A stretch of DNA of 64,000 nucleotides from Stylophora pistillata (lineage: Eukaryota), in the NCBI RefSeq assembly GCF_002571385.2, contig NW_019217790.1, positions 501,560 through 565,559 of the forward strand, read 5' to 3'. The position numbers and the translations under genes were made by a program. A model generated the notes under the pieces. The model saw nothing but the letters and a program-made list of their open reading frames with translations, was not told where the DNA came from and searched no databases. Positions 21,833-36,100 of this stretch are shown piece by piece (position 1 is the first letter of the stretch; each line of letters begins with the position of its first letter).

Positions 21833-24800
21833 TCACTGTCCAACGTTTAGAAAATGATTGATATTCAATAGCGGTAGCTTTGTTTCTTGTTTTGTTGAAG
21901 ATTTGCGCAGAGTTTGTGATGGAAACCTTGCTTTAAACTGTCTCCTCTGCCAATTGGAGTTGTTCATGACCTGTAGAAATTTTTTAAGATTTTAACATAA
22001 GAGATCTTTAAAGTTACGTATGGTGACCTTTTTTACCTACCAGAGATCAGTCATGTTGTTATTGGTGGATATTTTGTCTGCTGTGGTACAGATGTGACAC
22101 CTTCGGCTTGTTATGATTCATGTTGCCATGTTATCATTGCCAGTCTCAAAGCCTTTGTTATTTCATATCCTTTTTGTTATAAAAAGAAAGCATTTTATTA
22201 CCTAGCAGCGATTTTTAACTTACTGGTAGTTTTGTAGACTCGTTTTGTTCTTCATTTTTAGCCGACTCCCCTGTGACATCCACCTTTGAAGATTGACCAA
22301 CTGCTCCTTGTCTCTGTATTGCTTGGGGTAACGGAGGTTGTGCAACAGAGCGTGTGGACTGGGGAAAGTCATTTGCTAGGGAGGGTAGGGCAACAGAGTG
22401 GGTGAGAAAGGGAAACTCTTGTGGCAGTGTTTGTGGTATTCCTCTACTTTGTTTTCTCTGTCTGATGAACGAGGAAAAATGAGTGTCAAGGGTAAAGTAA
22501 ATAAAAGAGTGAGAATTGTAACTGGGTGATGAGAATATCTTGAAAAGCAAGATAAAGAAAACTGTGGTGAACTAGATGTTAATATTGATGACTGACAACA
22601 AGGAGAAACTAAGGATGACTGGGTGGAGAAAATAATTGCGGTGACAGAATTTTTATAAGACAGAGACTTGAGAAACAAATCATCAATAAAGGAAGTAAAA
22701 CTTTCTTTCAAGGTCTCTTGTGGGAATTCCTTTTATGGTAAAATCTCCCGAGGCTCACTTATGCCACAGTTGTTTGATGGTTATTCCCTGTGACATAAAT
22801 GTGTTTTCTTTTCTTTAAGTAAACAAGGATTACATACCTCTGAGGTTCTTCCATGTTATCAAATGTGTTCGTCAAATCTACAACTCTGGCATCTACATGG
22901 AAAACTTTGTCCGTGACCGCCTTATGTTTGGGTAACGAATCTTGTCTTGACCAGACCTTTACCTTTCCTCGCGTCTTCATCTTGGTCTGAAAGCCTGTCG
23001 AAGGGATGGGTTTATTGGGTGTGGCTCCAATTATCATCATCCCTCCTCCCTGAGAAACTTGTACCGTGGACAGCGGCATTCGTCCGCTGGTCTGACAGCT
23101 AGACACTTGTGAAATAATTGGTGTGAAAAAGGAAGATTCCTAGAAAAAGTGATGTTGTTAGCATTCTTCTTTATACCAAACTTCCTTTGCTTAGTTTTTA
23201 TAGTGCGCGCGGTCTTCTTTGGTGCTTGTGTATAACGGAGCATTTTTACCTAGGGTCCATGCTCTCTGTATTTTAATTAGAAAAAGGAAACAAAATTTAC
23301 AGAGAAACCGCGAAACAATTTTGTTGGCTATGACCGGGTCTACGAGAAAAGTTTCTTTTGCACTCCTTTTCCCTTTAGTATCATTTCGTTGCTCGTTTCA
23401 ACTCCCGTCCAGACTTTCTGGTGAAAATTCAAGGAAAAGCGCTCGAAAATACAGGGCTTTGAATAGAATACAGGGCTTTGAATAAAATACAGAAAAAATA
23501 GCAGAGTTACGCAATCAATCTGTGTCGCAGCGATCCCGTGTTCTCTTTGTTTAAACGTTGCTAACGGCCATCAGAACTTTTTTTTTTTTCGTTAAAGTTT
23601 ATGGTTATTGATCGATTTCACGGTCCCTTTTGCAGTTGTTATTTTGTTTCGTCGCGTGGAGAAAATACGAGCCTCGTTAAACAAACCAACGGCTTCAAAG
23701 GAGACTTGTAGTACAGTAAATGGTTTCAACTCAGGAGAAACATTTGATTGCGTAGTCTGACTGTCTGTCTGGGTGAGAATGATTCCTGAGAAGGACTGTT
23801 GTTGTCGGCAGTAGTGACTGACGTTTTGAGGACCTGAGCGGTAGTCATCATTAGAGTCGTAGAGTGAAGAGTTGTCAGTCGAGTGTTAAAAGTCTTGTTC
23901 CTGTTAACTGATTGGTCAATTCAGTTTATTGGCTGTCAGATTCAAGGAGTGTAAGTCAGTCGTGATTGGCCAGCAATTAATCTTATTACTGATATGAATT
24001 CTAGCAGTAAGAGTGCGTTACATGTCACTGTACCTCAGGGTTAATGGCTGCCTCGCCCTCTCTGGAAGAGAATTTAAAATACCTTAGTCTGGATAGAAAA
24101 TGAATAGGCTGTGGACACTATGCATTTTATTTCTTGACCCATTACTGAGGACTATGAAAATTTTTCCGGTTTTAATTTGCAGAAATAAGTTCCCTGAATT
24201 ATGTGAAATGTGTCCATTAGGTTAAATCGCAAAGCTTGTAGACAGATCTAATGCCCCCCCCCCCCTCCGACACTGAGCTTCAGCAGGTGTATTAAATGTA
24301 AATGTAATGGCAGAAAGATAATTTCTTACTTATATACCTGGTTTTCTTTGCTTCTTCAAGCCTAAGAAGAACCTGGAAAAAAGGCAAGAAAGAAACAAAT
24401 ATATTTTATTTGTTGTCATGAGTCGAAACGTTGTTTTACGTGCGATTCAGACTCGTCCCAAGTCCCCACCTATTTACTGGTTGGGCCGAGCCAGCATCCT
24501 TTTCGATTATACCGGTAAGGATCCATACTTATCCCCAGCCTTTTAACATTCGTTATCTAAAGGCGACGAAAATCGGGGATAAATAATCGTGAGGGGAGGG
24601 GGGGGGGAACGGATGTAATCCGTTCACGTTTAATTCCCTCCCAAGAGTTGAAAAGTTTCGTGGAGTCTGCCCTTAGAGACTCGGCTTCCCATAGCCGGAT
24701 AGCTAGACTTGACTTATGTGCCTCTGTTGAAGATTCATGGTCGATAAAGGAAAGGGAACATTTTTCAGTCCTCAATCGAGTTCGCTGCCATTTGTAACCC

Positions 24801-27089
24801 ACCGAATGAACTTTAAAACGTAAATTTTCCTGGAAAATGTTGCGAAACGGAAACTGAGCATTTGGCAAACGGTTTGTGGGATTCTCTGTTGGACCAAGAC
24901 GAGATAAGGGCCCTATTATTTTATCTTGTTCAGACTTGATGATTAGGCATTTCCTTTTTTAATAGCAGCAGGCCTAACACTGATTTCTGGTCGTTAGTTG
25001 AATATTGCTTACTTGTCTCCCGACGAGCGGTACTTCACCTTTTCTCTTCGTATGATCAACAGTTAACCGTCGTTTCTATTACAGAGAGAAAGAACAAAGA
25101 TTAAGAATAAAAGAGGAAAGAATGTAACATGAAAGAGAAAATACGAACAAACAGGAAAATTATAGCATGTTCTGTAACTGCAGTGAGAGATATTTTGTAG
25201 TCAATAACTCCATGAAGTACAAACGAAAAAGGATGATCAGTTAGACATTGTATTCGGTTCAAATTGTTTAATTATTGAAATTCACCATCGTCCTCGTGTT
25301 TTTTTGCGAGTATGTAGATTCCTACCTCCCTTAGTGAAAGTGAGAAAGTGAATGATTCGATACCTTAATAGCAGCATAGGCTGAATTGCTAAGGTCTACA
25401 GTGTTACTAAGGTCTACAGTGTTGCTAAGGTCTACAGTGTTACTAAGGTTGAGATCGGACGTCAGCATTATCAGGCGCCTCTGACAGCCGCTTTAGTCCA
25501 TGAAACGACGTCACCTTTTCCCACACATCCCACCCCAGGGGAGGACATCCATCACACAATAATCTCGTGCATGGGAAATTAACGTCTCCTACCCCTAACC
25601 CTGCAGGAGACGGGACCTCCATTTATTCGTCCTTATCCGAGAAGACTAGAATATCTAACCATTTCATTGATGCTATAGAAAGGTAGCAAATTCTCCTCAG
25701 TTATTTTAGGATCATGAGTATTGGTACCTCTGGTAAATTGTGAACTGGTAAAATAAGAGATGTTTTAAATAAAAGTACAGTGCATTTGTCGAGGAAAAGT
25801 GTATTGCGACGTGGACTGCGAAAATGTTTGCAATATAAACAAAGGATATCTCTTGAACAGTCGCAGTAGAGATGGAGACAGACCTGGACAGAATGGGAAC
25901 TCAGTGCCGCCCACTACTTTGGACGAGTTTGAGCGGGAGCCTCAGAAAATTCTATGTCGGGTATATCAGGTCGAGGCTCATTGATGATTGTGTGGCATCA
26001 ACCTATCTTCTTTTCGGCTCGCTTTGAAACCGCTGCCCAGTTAGCTCAATAGATAGTGCGCTGGACTGTTTTGCGGGAGGTCGAGGGTTTGAGCCCCGGC
26101 CGGACCAACACTCAAGGTCTTAAAATAATTGAGAAGAATTTGCTACCTTTCTATAACAACATCAAGAAATGGTTAGATATTCTAGTCTTCTCGGATAGGG
26201 ACGAATAAATGGAGGTCCCGTCTCCTGCAGAGTTAAGGTTGGAGACGTCAATTTCCCACACACGAGATTACTGTGTGATGGATGTCCTCCCCTGGGGTGG
26301 GATGGGTGGGAAGGTGAGATCGATATGGACTGAAGCGGCTGCCAGAGGCGCCTGAGAAAATGCCGACGTCTGTTCTCAACCTTAACAACATCTCATTGTA
26401 ACAAACCTGTAATTCAGCTCTCTGCAAAAGGTTTGAATAAGCATCATAGTAGCATCATATTAGTATCCCACGTGGGGCACTTAGACAAAATTAACAAGGT
26501 TGGGGCAAGATAGTACATGCGACTGAGGAAGAGAGGTAACAAACTTCCAAACTTATAGCAAACTATGAGCCGATTTGTAACCTAAAGCCTCAGCTAGGCC
26601 AGAATGTTTCTAGAGTTTTTGCATCATACTTACTCTATATTGTGGCTCATCGCTCACCACCTTGGTTGCCCGTTGAAGCGCTGTGAAAAAAAGTGTTTTT
26701 ATCATCGTTGGATCTGCTCGGTATTTAACTGAAACCTAGCGGGCGCTCGATGGGTACAGTTGTCTCCTAAGCTCGAACACTGAATACTGAATGAAATAAT
26801 GGTTCATTTCACTCCAGCTTCACAGTCGCGGAGGCAGCGTGGCCCGCGAGTGGTCAGCGTGAGACTCGCAATCCGCCGATCCGGGTTCGAGTCCCGTTCA
26901 AACCACGACCTGGATTTGTTTCACGAGATCCGAGTTCAAATCCCTGGTCATGCTTGTAAATAGCCAACTGGTTTACCTCCGGCGAGTTGGGATTCTTAAT
27001 AATGTTATGTTCAATTTGATTAATTTGTTTCAGTTATTTGCTCGGCCCCACCAGTACTAGTGTGCTATAATCACTGCTGTGGGTAAATA

Positions 27090-27129
<40 letters not shown>

Positions 27130-30100
27130 TCATTTATAGTTCAACTCACGTGGGAGTTTATTAATTGTATGTCCCTTGGCAATTAGTAAATGAAATGAGT
27201 TGGCCACAATGGTTTGTTCTCGTTGGGGGCTCGTCTGTCCAAAGCTGTTTTGGTGTACGTGATAAAACACTTATGGTTCACTTACTATCAATAGCATGTT
27301 GTGCCATCACTGTCGGCTGTCCCTTCGCTTGGTCCTCCCTAAGCAGCGACTCTGACCCCTCGGCGCTGGGCACATGTGAATGGGGCTGGAGCGAGTGAAC
27401 AAAGTTATTCAGCGTACTCAATTGACTCTTCTCGAAAGTGTGACCGGGTTCTTCAGGAGCTTGTTGATTAGAGAAGAAAGTGTTAAAGCGCAGGTCTGGA
27501 ATCCCTGGTTCTTTCCTGTCAATCGTGTCTTCCTCTTTCGTGATTGCCGTGTCACGCTCCCCTGTCACGCTATCATGCTCTTCTACCCTCGGCACTGTTT
27601 TCTCAGAATACACCACTTCAGGATGTGTGCTATCCACTTCAGCGCTGATAATTTCTGTCTCCTTGCCAGTAATTTCGTCTTCTGATATTTGATGTTTAGA
27701 CGCCCTCGAAATGGTTCCGCCTCGCTTCAACTGTAATGAGGAACGTTGTTGTTGTTGTTCTTCTTCTTCTTGTTGTTGCCTCCTTTTGTTCCCAACCCTG
27801 CTTGGTCTGCCTTGCTCGGTTGACGCAAAAGCCCTGAGAGCTTTAGCTTTATCAATCTACAGATAAAAACAAGAAACAGCGAAATCAGAGATGGCATTTC
27901 TAGTAACCCCGCTCAATGTCCCTTTAAACTTGCTTTGTTTCGCTCCAAAAGATTAGGAACGGAGAAAACAAATAACGGAATATGCTGATTGACTCGGAAA
28001 GCATGACAAAAGTTTCATATTGACACCAAATTTATTATTTCACGTTTGTACTTCCCAGTCTTTCACTGGATTACCGGAATATTTTCAGCATCAGTAGACT
28101 CCAGCATTTCTATGTCTTTCTCGCCGAGGTGTTTCTCCGGCAATGTTCGCGTGGTCTTCGCTGTTGATCGAAGTAAGAAATTATCATTATGAAAAACCTC
28201 GTCTCTTTTGAGGAAACCAACAAAAAGTCAAAACAAAAAGCAGAAAAAACAGCAAATTATATATACCTTCTTGCTGAGCAAGATCATATCCGTATTCGAC
28301 AAATCGAGATACTTCATCACAAAGGCGGTCTGCCTGTATGTACAAAAAAAAAAACAACAACCATAAAAACAGCTGAACTTGCAAAAGATACCCATTTGTT
28401 CCCTCTAAGTCCTTTCTTCTGACTTAGGTGTGGTGCACATGAAAATGTACAAATTGCAAATCGTTTGTCTCGGGTATTTCTTCATGACGCATCGACTTGG
28501 TATCCAATGGTAACCTAGGATTTTTCTTACCGTAACATCAATGCATAGTTCCAGTCCTTCATCTTACCTCGTCCTGCGGCGGAGGTGGTCGTGAAACAGA
28601 TTGCTGCTGACTTATGCCTTCGTACAGCTTACGATCACACTGGCTGGTCTGAGTTCCCTTTAAAGAAAATTCCTTCAATATTAGCGCAAATGCCATCTAC
28701 AGAATCTTACTATGCATGCAGTACTTACTTTATTAGCAAGTGTGACCACGTTTGCCTCTCTTACTGTCACGTAAGGAGCCTTTTCCTCCCTACATTCACC
28801 CACAAGTGAGTTAACTCCTTTTGATTTCCCTCCTTGCCTCTCCTTCTTGTCTCTCGAATCAGCTGCTTTTCGGAGTTTGTCAACTTTATCTTCCTCTTCC
28901 TCGATACTTTCATCCCCTTCTCCATCGTCACGTAACAGATGTTCCTCTTTCTTTCCTATACTTGACTTTTTTATACTTCTAACTGCCTTCCTTTTTTTCT
29001 TTCCATCCGACCCTGTTTGATCCTCCTCTATCTCTTCACCAGACTCTGTGTAGTCTTCGGAGGAGGTCTGGGTTGGACCCACAGCTGTTTCATTGAAAAG
29101 AAAAACAAGCACTGTGAGGGCTTTGAGCATCAAAAGCCAAGCACACTGCACAGCAGTAAATCACCAGTGCGCACGCTCTGCTCACACAAGCGATACTCTA
29201 TGAACGTGTATTTGCTTTCAGTTCGCGTGCAGCTTGCAGATATGTTAGCGGTATTGCAGTCATCTCGTACACAGATCCCGCCATATGACTGAAATGTAGG
29301 ACGGCCTGGCCTTGGAAGGTTTGAGCACGAGCCGAGTATTGCAGTCATGTATATTATTAGTAACAAATTGAATACCTTTAGTGGCTGGTGTCTTTTTAGA
29401 CCACATTTCGGCATGCGCTCTAGCCGGCGTCGATGCAGATTTTGCAGAGGTAGTATTGTCAGATTTTGCAGAGTTGGTATTGTCCTTAAAGAAACAGTGG
29501 ACCAAGGTTGTTATATACACGAGACATGCTGAAAACGCGTTACATAACACATGTAATAAAGTTTAGGTCTACAAATTTTCAAGCATTTTTGTTATAGATA
29601 CCTTTTTCTTAGAAGCACGCAGCTGCAATCTCAACTTGTTCAACTCTTCCTCAGTGTGCGCAATTTCCTGTTCGTTCTTCTTTATCTCCCCTAACTGACT
29701 GGACAGTTGGGCTCTGTAAGAGGAGCAGTTGGGACACTCTTCAGCAGAAGACTTAGTCTTAATATTCTCGACTTGACTTGGTGGATCAGTACTTTTAAAT
29801 GGCTTTGAAAATGAACAAAACCGGAAATTTTTATTCTCATAGATCACTGTGTACAATTCAAATTTGTTCATGAAATTGCCCATGTCCTTAATAATAAAAC
29901 ATGAAAATTACTATTAGTTTCAATTATCAAATAAAAAGAGTTCTCCAGACCTTTTCAGCGCCACCTAAGGATTCCAGCTTTCTTTGCAGTTCTTTATTTT
30001 CCTGTAGCGTAGAATTAAAAAAAAAAACAGTGATAACAAGATAGAATAAGACATTTCACTTCCGAGTCCCTGTTTCTAGCTGAGCCGGCATTTTGCCACT

Positions 30101-33100
30101 CACCTTCTCAAGTTTCTGCGCCTTCTTCCGCGCGTCTCTCACTTGAGCCTGCAGTATGTCCGTGGAGGCAAAATCGTCGCTTGGACCGACAATAGGTTTC
30201 GTCTATGGAGGATGCAAGCAGAGAAAAATATCATCTAATTTCAAAATAAAAACCATTTTCATCTTTTCTAATGAATCATTTTTAAATTCTTGGAACTTTT
30301 CCTGATACAAATGAGGAGTTTTCGAACTCGACAAATCTACAATTAATAATACAGGGACTAGCCTACACCTTCCTTTCAACAAATTGGCAGAGTTTAAACA
30401 AATCCTAACTATCTTTATTGTGGCCACAAAAAATAATTAAAACTGGGAAAATGGGGGGAATAGCTTTCCTCAAGAAGTTAATCCATCATTGAAAATAACA
30501 TTAAAAGCTTGTTTTAGTATACTGGTGTATTGATACTTCAGTGCCACAACCATCATCGGCGTTACTTAAACAAAGTTAACCAATGATGTTGGAGGAAATG
30601 AACAATTTATTCTTTACGTAGGCGACGGAGTAAGCACGAGGAACCATCTGTTGTCTGAGAGCCGCAAAAGAAGCACTCAATGTTTAAACATTTGCCTGGT
30701 ATCCACGGGATTTCTCACCTCTTCTGTTTCTTCGGTCAGGTCAGCGGTTACTGCTTCACTGATTGGAATATTGTCCGTTTTTTCAGCGAGAACTTTGCGA
30801 AGATGCTACAATATGAACAGAAACACAGACAGTTCAATAATCGATTTGACTTTCCTTTGTCGGATTCTTTTCGAAATCATATTCAGGAATCACTTTCTGG
30901 CAGCTTAAGGAGGCGTTGGCGCCTTCGCATGCACAGACGAGCGTAAGCACAATCACGCATGAGAATATTTGCGATAAAATAGAGTTGGGCGGCATTACGC
31001 ATTTCAATTCTCGTGGGCATTTTTACCTGAAGGGCAGAAGCTAAATCTATCAATAAGAACTTTGCCAACCTGTTTACACTGCCTTAGTTCAGTCTGCTTT
31101 TTTTCCAGTTGGTCCTCAGCTAATAACTTTTCATCGTACATACGGGTTTTATCTTTCTCCAAGTTCTTCTGGCTCTGCATAATATGATTTGTAAGTAAAA
31201 GGGTAATCTGTTTAGTAACTTAATAGCATTTAAATAAATGAACGAATAACTAAATTTGTAAATAGATTGCAACAAGAGCAATGTATCTCATGAGAGACTG
31301 GATAGCAAAAGAAATGACTCGTTGTATTATTTAAGAGAAAAACACTACTTATAGTTAAAAAACAAATAAACCCCTATCCTTAGATAAAGAGGATACCTGG
31401 GCCTCCAGCGTAACTGAATAACACTTCTATAGAAACTTGTGACAAGAAAATAAAAGGTAAACGAAACAAGTAAAAGCATGAAGGATAATTGTGTTATTTC
31501 TTTGTTTTAAGGTTCCTGGGAAGTTTACCTTTAGGCATGACTTGATGTATTCGATGTATCAGGGAAATGTTGGATGTTCCTGCACTTATATCGTCTATAT
31601 AGATGCCTTTTTGCATAATTGACTTGGAACCAAAAACATTTTTATAGAAAAACTAAACCCTGTGAGATTTCCTAAAATGTTGAGAGATGTGATCGGATTC
31701 AATCTCTTGTCGTTTCACTTACTTTTTCGTGTTTGGAGATGTCTTTTTTCAAGCTGAAATAGACATTCATAGATTAATAAAAATGAAGATGTGAACAGGG
31801 GTGAATTTGTGTACGTGTTTCTCTTTTAACGTGGAGAGAAACCAAAACCTCCATTTCGAGATCGTAATTTTAAGTTTGGCTTGGCTGTGAGGTCACATGA
31901 CTGTGGAAACTACTGTAAGCTGGACTGTTAGCGCACTGGAGAAGGCTGAGGGGTCTGGGTTTGAGACCTGGTAGGGTTGTCGTGTTGTACTCTTGGGCGA
32001 GACACTTTGTCCTCGTAGTGTGTCTCTCCACCCAGGAGTCTAATCAGATACTGGAAAATTGTCAGGGAAACCTGAAACAAAAACACTCTTGAGGGGGGAG
32101 GAGGTTGGGTGGAGGGTAACCCATAATGAACTATCATCCTAAGGGCGTAAAAAGGCTCTCATGATCTCAGTCGCTTCATGTAGCGGAAACCACGATAAGC
32201 TCCAGGGTGTGGCTCACTTGGCTGGAGGATGGAGTGCTGAATCTACCTTAAGGTAAAGTCTGTTTACGAGCCTAGTGGCCCATTAGGCCGGTGCTTAATT
32301 CCGGTTTCTGTAGCAGGAAGCGACTAGGAGTATTTCTACTCCCCCAGTCCATTGCAGGGTACCCATTTATATACCTGGGTGAAGAGAGGCACTGTGAGAG
32401 TTAAGTGTCTTGCCTAAGAACACAACGTCCCGGCCGGGGCACGAACCCAGACCACTCGATCCGGAGTCGAGCGCTCTAACCATGAGGCCACCGCGCCTCC
32501 TAACGAGTCTACCTTAAGTTGATGCACAATGCGCGCGAGTATTACAACATTAGAGTTGGTTCTTTTTTCTTGATGAATTTTGATACCACTGTAGGTGACG
32601 TTATTAAGAATCAGGAAAATTCTTGAACTGCTGAACCATAAGCCACTGTAATTTTATTTTCTGCTCCAAGAGATTGGCTTCCCGGTGTAAATACTTACTT
32701 TTCGATGAGCTCATTTTGATCGTTAAGAGTCCCCATGATTTTTTGAAGTTCCTTTTCTAAGGACTCTTTATCTGTGAAAAATATAGCAGATTAAACATAG
32801 AAGTCTACAGACTCGATGTAAGAATAACAATACTAGAAAAAATTAAAACGAAAATAATCTAATGACAATTTTATTGACGATGATGATAATGGTGATAAAA
32901 TATAAACGTTAGCCTTCATTTGGCCAGAAAACATTCATGGATATTTGTCTGCGGATACCATCTGTTTCAGCGAGACACGGACACTTATATGAGCTTCGAG
33001 GAACAGATATTGTCTGGGAAGCTGTGGTGTTTACCATTTGTTAATCTACGAGCAGCTTACTGCGTGCTGCGTGGGATGTTTAGCTACGACATTAAATGCA

Positions 33101-36100
33101 ATCTTCTTTAACAACTGAAAAATGTTCTACCGTATTGAGTTAAATTTCAGGCAAACTTTTATCGGAGTGCTAAGGTTAAAGATTGCGCAATATCACCTGG
33201 GGGTACATCCCCGAATACAATCCAGTTTTAGCAGGGGCATATTCTGTCACGCGAGGCGATTAGGCCAATCGCACGCGAGCGAAAACATTTAATGAGTTAT
33301 AATAATTGATATCTTAAGATATTGATATTTTTATACCTCTGCCGCAGAAAAGGAAGGGCAATAAGTTAAAAATCTGGAGATTGTGACACAAAAAATTATT
33401 GTAGTTCTTTTCTCAAAGTCCCTTTTATATCGATAGAACAAAATTATAACGGGGTCTCAGTCCCCAGTCTTACCAAAATTCCCCTCGTATCGCACCGTGC
33501 TTAGTAAGTCGACCATTTCACCTGCCACAAGTTTCCATTGTTGTGTCTCATTTCGAACGCTTTCCCCTCCTGTAATAATAAAAGAAACACTATTACAAAG
33601 CCTCAATATACTGAGATTTCACAACGAAAAATACCAGCTCTCTTAATTGGTTATGGATAACTGACTACTACACGGTTAGTTTATTCACTAGAAAGGTTAC
33701 ACTGAAGAATCCAAAACTTGAAGTGATAGCCCTCTTCGAGGGATCTGAGGGAGGACTTACTTCGGGCGAGCACGACTAGGGTCATCCCGGAGACATTCAC
33801 GAAAATTATGACGGAATCAGCATAATGGACCAATCATGATGTTTGTTGAAGCCCTGATCAACGATAATTCACCTTTCATGGAAAATCTTGCAAAAAAAAA
33901 TCTCGCAAGAAAAGATCTCGCAAGAAAAGATCTCGCAAAGAGAGAGTATCTGAGTTAACTCTTCAAACAATTAAAATACAAGATAGCATTCATTCTGGTC
34001 TGCTTTCACTACAGTATTATCTACATACGAATATTGACCAGGAAAAAAGAAAGCTTTTGCCTCAGAAGATTTTTTGCAAAATTACTTGTGAAAAGTTCCT
34101 TTCTTTGTTGCGCGGCCATCTTTTTTTGAATCTGCAGCTCTCGTTCCAACTGTCGCTTTTCTCTGGAAGAAAGAGATTTTTAACAATGATCAAATCTCTC
34201 ACAAGGCTAAGGTCACTCTAGCGATGATCATGCAGATTGATACTTCACGTTGAAAGAAGGCTATGTACAAAATCGAAATAAAATATTAAGAGATACGCGA
34301 ATGTCTGTATTCAGCAGAAATTTGATTAGCAATATTGTAGTTCGAATGAGGCCTTCAACTATTGCCAAAAGAACCCTGAGATTTGCCAAGGCTGCAGGAC
34401 AACGTGCAAAGATTACCGAGATTGGCCAAGGGACGAAAGGAGTTTCTCCTTGTTGAGCAAAAAATCCTCTAAACTTTGCCTCTCTCCCATGATGTGAATT
34501 CCTTGCTCAGTTGGTGGTAGCGTCCAACTAGCATCTGAGAAGCATGAATTCGAATTCTGTCGAAGCCTGAATTTTTCAGGCCTCTTTTTGACAGTAATTT
34601 GTCCTCACTACAACTACAATCTTAACAAACAAATGGTACATCTGCTTAAGTAACATGTTCATGGAAAGGAAATCACAAGAAGAGGCTGAGGAAGGGAAAA
34701 TTTGTTCCGCATGAAGATACCAAAGTCTTTTACTCCTGGACAAAACAAGCTTAGAATATAGAGCGGATGAAACAGTTATTTAGAGGTTATGGTGCAGATG
34801 TAGAGCCAAACATACGCCTCTAAAACCCTAGTGGCGTCTCCTTTTCTCGATACATCAACCATTTTTTGGTTGAGTTTCTTCAATTTGATGGTAGTGTCTT
34901 TCACATTTTGGAACGATTCCCTGTAAAACAAAAAAGGATAACCAACGTGAGCCCGTATTTCTAAGTTAGTGTCCTCAGTATACCAGAGTATGAACTGACG
35001 TGTTACTTAGCAAATAGGTTAAAACAGACTACATAATCATATACTGAGACAAGCACGAGGAACAGCGGAGCGAGGAGTGGGGTAGGGTGGCTGCAGTTTT
35101 ACTCGAAATGAAAAAATTATTTCTTAGTGTTTATTTATTTATTTATTTATTTATTTTTTGTGGCACCAGCTATACAGTCCCTCTGCCTGTCTTCGCTGTT
35201 CGTGAGGAAATATTTTACAGTACACATACTGAAGTGCTCGCTGTATACCCTCCACGTCTACTGCCTGATGTTTTTTGCTCATCGCCTCCAGCTGAAACAA
35301 AGATGCGCATGACATTTACTACAACTGAAACAATGCTAACATCCTCCGATCCAAGTCACATATTCACAGGTGTTCTTCCCTTGGATTTTGACTCACTGAC
35401 GGAGAGTAAGAAATATAAGCGAACACTGAACAAAAACCTGAAAGTTACCTCGTCTAAGATTTCTTCTTCGTCAAATTCAAGCGACTGTAGGAAAAGAGCA
35501 GAGAATAAAAAGTAAGTCAAAACTTCACATAAGAAGTGAACTTGCCTTTCATAATGGCAAGTTAAAATGCCATAAATTTTCCGATGCAGACATTATGTAT
35601 AACATCGGTGTGTTACCTGCAGTTTCGGGTACGATGTTTGCACAGCCGTGAAACGTATTTTATTACACGACGCGGGCAGTCAGAGGGCCAATAACTAAAA
35701 TCAACCAATCAAAATGCTCTATTGCCGGTCAATATTCTCTCAGTATTGGACCGGGCACCGTACCGAATGGTCCCGAATGATACCGCACTTGTGTCCCTTT
35801 GAACTTCAGTCGTATCATAAATCTCTTATTAACCAAGCTTGCTCGGGACCGTACTGGAAGAATATCGGCCCTCGGTCTTTTTTTGTACGGACCTCGCCGC
35901 GCTCGGTCCGTACTGTCAAGACCTCGGGCCGATATTCTCCCAGTACGGCCCTCGCGCTTGGCTAATAAGGTATATGTAATAGGACGAGACCAAAACGATA
36001 ATACTTACATCTTGAAGGGAATTCAGTAACTGCAATGAATAAAGCAAAATTAACTCCTACTCTCGATGATCGTCGTCATTAATAGTTAAATATATCCATC

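Noticed and set aside
25388-25448. Regular short repeats resembling a CRISPR array
   Set aside because: Head-to-tail 18-mers without unique spacers; eukaryotic context; no cas genes.
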